64,000 nt of DNA from an uncultured Planctomycetota bacterium (lineage in GTDB: Bacteria > Planctomycetota > Planctomycetia > Isosphaerales > Isosphaeraceae). The notes beneath the pieces were generated by a model. The model ran no database searches and had not been told where the DNA came from. It saw only the letters and a program-made list of their open reading frames with translations. Shown piece after piece: positions 53,465 to 64,000 of this stretch. The position numbers were made by a program, and so were the translations under genes. The stretch covers positions 96,001-160,000 of the forward strand of contig CAWGMQ010000003.1 of assembly GCA_963823665.1 (NCBI GenBank), given 5' to 3'. Every line of letters begins with the position of its first letter. Positions within the stretch are counted from its first letter, which is position 1.

Positions 53465-53962
53465 GTGGCCGATTCACATTCTTTCGATGTCGTCAGCGAG
53501 ATCAACCACGCCGAGATGCATAACGCAATCGTGCAGGCTCAGCATGAGATCGCGGTGAGGTTTGACTTCAAGGGAACGCGCGCTTCGATCGAATTCGATA
53601 AGAAAGAAAACACGGTCAAGCTCGAGGCCGATCACAAGGGTCAGCTTGATACCGTCGTTCAGATCGTGAAGGAAAAGATGGCGCGTCGAAGCGTGCCAGT
53701 GGGAGCACTTCGGCGCGGCAAGATCGAGGACGCCACACACGATACGGTGCGCGAGACCCTCAAACTGCACACGGGCATCGAAACCGATGACGCCCGCAAG
53801 TTGATCAAAGAGATCAAACAGCTCAAGATCAAGGTGCAGGCCCAGATCATGGAGGACAAGATCCGGGTGACGGGCAAGAAGATTGACGATCTGCAGGCGG
53901 TGATCGCGTACTTGAAAGCGCACGGGCCGGAATACCCGCTTCAGTTCGTCAACCTTGCCTGA
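53465..53962 (+). CDS. yajQ: YajQ family nucleotide (c-di-GMP)-binding protein
   Basis: SFDVVSE, RFDFKG, KIKVQAQI..IRVTGKKIDDLQ, PLQFVN. Confidence 0.93.
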   Translation: MADSHSFDVVSEINHAEMHNAIVQAQHEIAVRFDFKGTRASIEFDKKENTVKLEADHKGQLDTVVQIVKEKMARRSVPVGALRRGKIEDATHDTVRETLKLHTGIETDDARKLIKEIKQLKIKVQAQIMEDKIRVTGKKIDDLQAVIAYLKAHGPEYPLQFVNLA

Positions 53963-54124
53963 CTGACAGGATGGCGGCGATACGCACAATCTCGCGGGCT
54001 CGTCGGGCTGTGGCACTACAGAGCCGGGACTCTTTCGCCCGATTTAATAGTCACCCGGGCCGGACTGGCCGCGGGCCGCTTCGTCTACGTCGCGGGCGCC
54101 TCGAGGATCACTGGAGAGAAGAAC

Positions 54125-55310
54125 ATGGGCTTCTGGAACGGCCGAGTCACATTCACCCGGTATCGAGTCAGCGGCGATAGAGCGCTTCCGTTCGGCGAAG
54201 AACTGCTGGAGCGCACCCGGGAACATTTAATCGGTGTGCACGGTTCCACGGCGGCTGCCGATGGCGTGGCCTCGGGTTGGGCCGGCGGCGATCACGTGCT
54301 CGACCTGAATATCGAACTGGGCAAGAACATTGTGGACGACGCGCTTCACCTCGCCATGCGGATTGATACGGACAAGATTCCGTCGGCCCTGTTGCGAGCA
54401 TATACGCAGATCGAGATCGACGCGCTCGCGCAACTAAACCCAAGCGGCGTCGCGACCAAATCCCAGCGTCAAGAAGCCAAAGAGATTGCGCTCGAAGCGC
54501 GCCGAGGCCGAGGCGGCGGACGGGCGGTTTCGCCGTCTCAAGCATCAGCCTGTGCTCTGGGACGGCCGGACCAATACGCTTTATGCCGGCACGACGAGCT
54601 CTAGCGTGCTCGAGCGGCTGCAAGCGCTTTTCCGCGAGACATTTGATCGTGACCTGGAGCCGATTTCGTCGGGCAGCATCGCCCAGGCCCTTTCCGACGA
54701 TCCAAACGGAGATGCAGGGGTGCTGGCGGCAAGCTTCGAGAATGGCCGGTTCACGACCAGCATCGAAAAGGGCAGCGAGCCTTCGGTTCTGGCCTGGTCG
54801 GGCGATGACCAGACCGGCCTCGACTACCTGGGGAATGAGTTTCTGGTATGGATCTGGCATGCGCAGCAAAGCGCGGGCGGGAACATCAAGCTGGGAGACG
54901 GCTCGGATGTCAGCGTGATTCTGGCGAAGACGTTGACGCTGGATTGTCCGCTAGGTGAGACGGGTCGCGATCAGCTCGCCGACGATGCGCCCACGCGTCT
55001 GCCGGAAGCGATGCGCGCGCTTCAAGCTGGAAAGCTTCCCCGCCGGGCGGGGATGATGCTGGTGCGTCAGGGGGCGGACTATGAGCTGACGATTCAGGCC
55101 GAGAGCTTCGCGGTTTCGGGGGCTACCTTGCCCAAGCCGGAGGGCGGAAAGCTCTCGCCGCATGAATTCCGGATCGCCAGACTGGAGAGCCTGCGGCATC
55201 TGACGGAAACGCTCGACCTGCTGTTTTCGGCCTATCTCGATCGCCGGACGTCGCGGAAGTGGTCGGAAGAGCTGCGGCGCATTCGCGGGTGGTTGCACGA
55301 GGCCGCGTGA
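54125..55310 (+). CDS. RdgC-like protein (frameshift ~54497)
   Basis: MGFWNGRVTFTRYRV, MRIDTDKIPSALL, LGNEFLVWIW, EAMRALQAGKLPRRAG; two ORFs join. Confidence 0.65.
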
Positions 55311-55462
55311 AGTCGAGATGAGGGAGCGGGCTTGTCTGCTGGCCTCACGGACAAATCGATGGTGGCACGTGACGTTGGTAACAGAGTGCTCATTGAGGCA
55401 TCAGGTCGCCCAGTCTTCGATTCGCAGTCCAGGCACGCGGCCAAAATCGCGACGATTGCGGG

Positions 55463-55777
55463 TCACGACGGTTGCTCGGTCTCGCACCCATTGGAGCTTT
55501 CCAGCGTTTCCCGATCGGCGCGATATGTCTCCACTGCCGCCAACCAGGCGTCGAACAAGGGGTTTTCGGCTAATGGCAGAACCGGAATCGGCGGCCGAGG
55601 CGGATGGACGGGCCGATCGATGAGAATCGCCCCTCGCTCAAGCCGGTTCGCGATCTTTTCCTCCAGGGCACTGACAGCCTCGGCAGCGGAGACCGCTTCC
55701 GCCGACAAATCGAGCGGTCCACCCGTCGTCGCGCGAAACCCGACCCCGTTGGGTTCCACCAGAATCGAAATCGTCAT
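55463..55777 (-). CDS. HicB-like small protein (putative orphan antitoxin)
   Basis: ISILVEP..FRA..LSAEAVSAAEAV..L; GGAGG RBS. Confidence 0.55.
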   Translation of the reverse strand: MTISILVEPNGVGFRATTGGPLDLSAEAVSAAEAVSALEEKIANRLERGAILIDRPVHPPRPPIPVLPLAENPLFDAWLAAVETYRADRETLESSNGCETEQPS

Positions 55778-56052
55778 GGCAACCTCCAGCGCGTATGGGC
55801 TTCGTTTACCGCTACTCTAGTCTATCAGTCAAGTCATGAGGCCGGAATCAGCCAGGGGAGAAGCAGACAGCCAAGATCCGAGGCGAGGGACGCCAGCACG
55901 GTCGCTCCGTCGGTAACGCCGTCGGACTACTGCCGCACCCACCTCGATTGACAACCGCCTTGCAAGACCGCGGTACGAAGGCAAAGCTAGGAATCCGTTT
56001 GCGTCCGGCCGAAATAGGGCATGGAGCCGAAACGGGTCATTCCGGAGCTTGC

Positions 56053-58320
56053 ATGAGCCACACGACCGCGGAATCGCTGGCGCCTGCGATGGCGGTGCCG
56101 CATTCGGCCTCGAACCGCGACCGCCTGCGCGATCTTTTTCTGATCAGCTTCTTGCTCCTTTTTCTCGAGCTCAGTTCGATTCGCTGGTTCGGCAGCACAG
56201 TCATTTTCTTGTCGTACTTTACCAATCTCGTGCTTCTGGGCTGCTTCCTCGGAATGTCGGTAGGATGCCTGGCCGCGCCCTCGCGGCGCGACTATGTCTC
56301 CTGGACGCTGCCGCTCTTGCTCCTGGGAGTGCTGCTCTCGTGGCTGACGACCGCGCTCCACGGCATCTTCGGCAAAGTGCTGATTGACGTCGGCGGCCAG
56401 GGATCGCCGCAGCAGGTCTTCTTCGGTATTCAGTATCGGGCACGCGATCCGGGCACGTTCGTCATCCCGATTGAAGCCGTGGCCGCCGTCTTTTTTTTGA
56501 TCGTCGCGCTGTCGTTCGTGGGGCTCGGCCAGGAGATGGGCCGGGTACTCTCCTCGATCCCGAATCGCCTCTGGGCGTATACCGCCAACGTGATCGGGAG
56601 CCTGGCCGGGATCGTCGTCTTCGGTCTCATGTCCGAGCTCCGCACGCCGCCGGTGGTGTGGTACGCGATATCGGCTCTGCTCGTGTTTCGGTTCCTCCGG
56701 TCGTGGTCGGCAGCTCAGATCATCTGCGCGGTCGGGCTCATCACCACGCTGGGTTTTGTCTCGTACCGCGACAGTATGAGGCTCGTGACGATCTGGTCGC
56801 CCTATTACAAGGTCTCATATAGCCCGCAGCGCGGAACGGTGGTCGCAAATGGCGTCGGCCACCAGGTGATGGCCAATATCCTCGAATCGGGTGGCGCTTA
56901 TATGCTGCCCCATTTGCTCAACCGCGACGCCGGCCGCCCGCCGTTCAGAGACGTGCTGGTGATCGGCGCCGGCACGGGCAACGACGTTGCCGCGGCCCTG
57001 GCCGTGCGAAGCCGCCACGTCGATGCGGTCGAGATCGAACCGGTCATGAGCGAGATCGGCCGGGACGACCACCCCAACGACCCCTATCATTCGCGGCGCG
57101 TCTCAATGTATCTGACAGACGGCCGCAGCTACATACGCAACGCTCGCGAGTCGTACGACCTGATTGCCTACGGCCTGGTCGATTCGCTCGTCTTGCATTC
57201 GGGCTACTCGACATTACGGCTCGAGGATTTCCTGTTCACCAAGGAGGCGTTTCACGACGTCGCAGCGAAGCTCAATCCCGACGGTGTCTTTATCCTGTAC
57301 AACTTCTACCACCGGGGCTGGATCGTGGGCCGGGTCCAGAAGATGCTCGAAGAAGTCTTCGGCACCGAACCCCTGGTGATCCCACTGCCTCATAGCGACG
57401 CGATTGCGGCGAGCGGAACGGCCGGCAGCGGCGTCACGTTCTTGATTGCCGGCAAGCCGGGCAGCAAGACGCTCGAGGCCATCCGAGGCAAATTCCGCGA
57501 GAAGTCGCGGTTCTGGCTCAGCGAGCGGCCGAGGGATAACGAGAAAATCAATGGCTACGCGCAAGAGCCGCCGCAGGTCGCCGGAGTTGCTGAAAACCGC
57601 TGGCTCATGATCGCCCCATGTCGCGTCGATGCGACGGGAGTCTCGACACTCGCCACCGACGACTGGCCCTTTTTCTACCTGCGCGACCCGATCATCCCTG
57701 CCTTGAACCTCCGCGGGATGGCGATCGTTGCCGCGCTTTCGCTCTTGCTCCTTTTCGCGTTCGCCCCGGTCCGGACACTACGCCCGAACGGGCGGATGTT
57801 CTTCTTGGGCGCCGGATTCATGTTGCTGGAGACGAAGAGCGTCGTGCACATGGCCCTCCTCTTCGGCTCGACCTGGTACGTCAACTCGATCGTTTTCGTC
57901 GCGATCCTGGTCATGATCCTTTTGAGCAACCTTTATGTGCTCGCGAACAAACCGCGCCGACTCTGGCCATGGTACGTGCTCTTGATTGCCGCACTTCTGG
58001 TCAATGCTTACGTCCCGATGAGCGCATTCTTGAGCCTGCCGGGAATCACGAAGGTGGCAGCATCATGTGGCGTCGTCTTCGTGCCAATCTTCTTCTCCGG
58101 CGTGATCTTCGCCGCAACGTTCCGTGACAGCCGGCATCCCGATGTTGATTTCGGCTCCAATATCGCAGGCGTCATCCTGGGCGGCCTGTGCGAGAATCTC
58201 TCGCTCGTCATCGGCTTTAGCCATCTGACGTTGGTGGCCGCGGCAATCTATGCGCTGTCATGGTGCCTGCGCCCGCGACTGGCGATCGGCGGCGCCCTAC
58301 CGACGGGAACAGGGGTATGA
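56053..58320 (+). CDS. Spermidine-synthase-like SAM-fold protein with N- and C-terminal TM domains
   Basis: WSPYYKV, VLVIGAGTGNDV, VDAVEIEP, TDGRSY, ATDDWPFFY, FFLGAGFMLLE. Confidence 0.85.
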   Translation: MSHTTAESLAPAMAVPHSASNRDRLRDLFLISFLLLFLELSSIRWFGSTVIFLSYFTNLVLLGCFLGMSVGCLAAPSRRDYVSWTLPLLLLGVLLSWLTTALHGIFGKVLIDVGGQGSPQQVFFGIQYRARDPGTFVIPIEAVAAVFFLIVALSFVGLGQEMGRVLSSIPNRLWAYTANVIGSLAGIVVFGLMSELRTPPVVWYAISALLVFRFLRSWSAAQIICAVGLITTLGFVSYRDSMRLVTIWSPYYKVSYSPQRGTVVANGVGHQVMANILESGGAYMLPHLLNRDAGRPPFRDVLVIGAGTGNDVAAALAVRSRHVDAVEIEPVMSEIGRDDHPNDPYHSRRVSMYLTDGRSYIRNARESYDLIAYGLVDSLVLHSGYSTLRLEDFLFTKEAFHDVAAKLNPDGVFILYNFYHRGWIVGRVQKMLEEVFGTEPLVIPLPHSDAIAASGTAGSGVTFLIAGKPGSKTLEAIRGKFREKSRFWLSERPRDNEKINGYAQEPPQVAGVAENRWLMIAPCRVDATGVSTLATDDWPFFYLRDPIIPALNLRGMAIVAALSLLLLFAFAPVRTLRPNGRMFFLGAGFMLLETKSVVHMALLFGSTWYVNSIVFVAILVMILLSNLYVLANKPRRLWPWYVLLIAALLVNAYVPMSAFLSLPGITKVAASCGVVFVPIFFSGVIFAATFRDSRHPDVDFGSNIAGVILGGLCENLSLVIGFSHLTLVAAAIYALSWCLRPRLAIGGALPTGTGV

Positions 58321-58428
58321 CGAATTCATGGGCGGAACGGCGCGGTCGCGCATCGCGGATTGGTGGGGGTCCGCACGATGCCCTTGAAGCATCTCGGCGC
58401 GGCTTGCTAAGATTCTCTTCAATTCACC

Positions 58429-58471
58429 GGGCCGCGTCGCTTCAGGGTTAATCACCGAGGCGACGCGGCCC
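58429..58471. other. 15-bp GC-rich hairpin in the carB upstream region
   Basis: GGGCCGCGTCGCTTC / GAGGCGACGCGGCCC; no U-tract. Confidence 0.45.
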
Positions 58472-58550
58472 CGTCTACGTCCACAGGCAACTTCAGGCCG
58501 TTTGCGCTCTTGTGTCCGGCCGGAATGTCACACCGGGAAGGCTCTCCACT

Positions 58551-61790
<3,240 letters not shown>

Positions 61791-62029
61791 ACGTAGAAGC
61801 AACCTGGCGTGGAGCAAGAGACAGCGGTCCATGCAGTTCCGACGCTGCTGACGGCTGAGGAAGCGAGATATTCGATGAAATGGCGGCGCACGAATCGACG
61901 AAATCCGTATAATCGCTAGGCGGGGTTGATCGCTCGGCATCTCATGATTGCATTTCACCGCAGAAGCACGAGTGGAATCCCGGACGTTGGGTCCTGACCG
62001 CTTGAATGTCCGAGAGGGAGACTGTTTCG

Positions 62030-63167
62030 ATGCCGAGGCGATTACGAAATGTATTTCTGTCCATTATTGCGGCAGCCTTGACCGGCCTCGCGGCGCGCAG
62101 GCGCAGCAGGCTCAGACCAAAACAGCCCTGGCCGCGGCGCCGGCGGCGCGCCCGCCGGTGGCGCGGGTGGCATTCGCGGGGAGATTCAGATTCCGGGTCA
62201 AAACGACGTGCTGGCAACGGTTGTCGACGGGACCTTGACGGAGACAGTGACGAGGGGCGATCTGATCCGGTTTCTGAGCAATTATCAGATTCCCGAGGAT
62301 GAAGATCGACAGGCGATCTATGACGGGGCGATGGAGCGGCTGCTGAATACCAAGCTGCTCATGATGTTCCTCGCCCGGCAACAGATACCGGTTTCCCCGG
62401 AGAAGATCGACGAGATGGTTGAAAAGCTCAAAGCGGAACTGAAGCGAGATGGCCAGGATCTGGGGTCGGCAATCATCCAGCACAAGATTTCGATGGAGAG
62501 CATCCGCAAGGAGTATGAGAACCGGATCCGCTGGCAGGAGTATCAGAACAAGCAAGCGACCGAGGCGACCCTGCGCCGGTATGCAAGCGAGCACCGCGAT
62601 CTCTTCGCGGGAACGCAGATTCGTGCAAGCCACATCCTGATCAAGGTCGAGCCCGATGCGCCCGCGGCTGAGAAGGAGAAGGTCAAACAGAAGCTCGTCC
62701 AGATCAAGAAGGACATCCAGAGCGGAACGACCACGTTCGCCGCTGCGGCCAACAAGTTCTCGCAGGATGAAGCGAATTCAGGCGGGGCCGGCGGAGACCT
62801 GGATTATTTCACGCTTACCACTGGATACGTGGAGGAATTCACCGACGTCGCGTTCAAGCTCAAGAAAGGCGTGATTTCCGATCCCGTCGAGACTCCGTTC
62901 GGGTTCCACCTGATCATGGTGACCGACCGCAAAGAGGGTAAGCCCGTCGATTTCGCGCAGCACGAGCCTTATATCCGGACGGAGTTTGCGAACGAGCTTC
63001 AGCGAAACGTCGTCAATGCCGAACGCGGGCGTGCGAAGATCGACATCAAGCCGATGCCCAAGGATCTCTTCCCGGCTCCTGCGCCGGCTGCTCCGCCGAG
63101 CGGTAGCAGCGCTGGCGCCGGCACCCAAGCGGCGCCAAAACCCGCTGCGGCGGCGCCGAAGTTTTGA
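62030..63167 (+). CDS. PpiC/parvulin peptidyl-prolyl isomerase (SurA/PrsA-like); frameshift in the N-terminal linker
   Basis: Signal peptide at 62030; IRASHILIK, FAAAANKFSQD, GGDLDYF, SDPVETPFGFHLI. Confidence 0.88.
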
Positions 63168-63173
63168 CGCGGC

Positions 63174-64000
63174 TTAGAGATCCGACAGATCGAGCTCGCC
63201 CCGATCGCGGAGGGCGACGAAGCGATGAAACGTCTCGGCGATCCCGTCGCGCAGCGATGTGCGCGGGATCGGGCCGAGCGTGGCTTCGAGGCGGCTGTCA
63301 TCGAGCGAGGGGGCGATTGGAAGCTGGCGCTGGCCGTGGCTCAGGAGCGGGCGGGCTTGCGGGACGACGTCGCAAAGCGCGCTGACAAATCGTTCGATGG
63401 GCTCAACGGCACCGCGAAGGTTAAACGCGTCGGCGCCCTGGAACGGTTGAGTGAGGGCACGGACGAAGGTCGCGGCGACGTCGGCCACGTACTGGAGGTC
63501 TTGCTGGCCGCCATAGCTGATCTGATAGGGTCGGCCGACGGCCACCGACTTGATTGCCTTGGTTGGCTCGCTGGTCATTCCGAAGTCGCGACCGACGCCG
63601 TAGACCGTCCAGGGACGCAGGCCGATGCTGGTGATGCCGTGATCGAGCCAGTAAACGCGGGCGTTCAGCTCGTTGCAAACCTTGAAAGCCCCGTAGTGCG
63701 AGAGGGGGGCCAGTCGGACGCGGTCGCCGACGGGGGCCGTGGTGTTTGGCTCGGGCGGGCCATGGACCGCGGCGGAGCTGGCATAGACGACTCTGTGGAC
63801 CTGGTCCTTGAGCGCGAGCGCCGTCTCGAATACCGCCAGGGTGCCGATCACGTTGACTTTCGCGCCGAGATCGGGTTGGCGCGGCACGCGGGAGTTTGCA
63901 GCCCGGCGAGATGAAGAATATGGCTGGCCTGGATGGAAGCGGCGGCGGCATGCAAGGCACCTGAGTCGGAGACGTCTCCTTGCAGGAAATGAACGGCCGC
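63174..64000 (-). CDS. NAD-dependent epimerase/dehydratase (partial; 5' end beyond the window)
   Basis: VNVIGT, VVYASSAAV, YGAFK (YxxxK), LRPWTVYG. Confidence 0.88.
   Translation of the reverse strand, partial: GRSFPARRRLRLRCLACRRRFHPGQPYSSSRRAANSRVPRQPDLGAKVNVIGTLAVFETALALKDQVHRVVYASSAAVHGPPEPNTTAPVGDRVRLAPLSHYGAFKVCNELNARVYWLDHGITSIGLRPWTVYGVGRDFGMTSEPTKAIKSVAVGRPYQISYGGQQDLQYVADVAATFVRALTQPFQGADAFNLRGAVEPIERFVSALCDVVPQARPLLSHGQRQLPIAPSLDDSRLEATLGPIPRTSLRDGIAETFHRFVALRDRGELDLSDL

Noticed and set aside
58429..58550. PyrR attenuator or riboswitch upstream of carB
   Set aside because: One strong hairpin, but no U-tract and no PyrR-binding consensus that I can recognise.

Overview
GC-rich bacterial window, most likely from a planctomycete (Isosphaeraceae-like): it has DUF1559 H-X9-DG proteins, an E-x-LE-x-R-x-LL export motif, Tat proteins and Ser/Thr kinase. 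Many single-base frameshifts in essential genes suggest an unpolished long-read assembly. The core regions are 1-30.3 kb (DUF1559 pair, AAA+ ATPase, mqnD-acnA-pdhABC-lpdA, TPR proteins, oxidoreductase, HlyD, SPFH) and 53.4-64 kb (yajQ, RdgC-like, spermidine-synthase-like, carB, PpiC, epimerase). A SIR2 gene and a degenerate eCIS-type AAA ATPase gene sit at 20.5-24.6 kb. The most striking part is a ~22 kb accessory mosaic at 30.3-52 kb in which junctions repeatedly fall on the motif GGGTGTCT/AGACACCC next to a decayed HUH(Y1)-type transposase. It holds (i) an ORF-less group II intron whose EBS1 matches that motif, (ii) a second intron lineage whose EBS1 matches the opposite strand of the same motif, (iii) a large serine recombinase element joined to the middle of intron domain V at a palindromic junction, (iv) an AT-richer candidate defence island (Xis-HTH-helicase, Zn-finger proteins, type II R-M, HEPN-like) and (v) an NYN nuclease preceded by a promoter and a two-hairpin RNA. 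All family assignments come from motif recognition by eye; no database searches were run.
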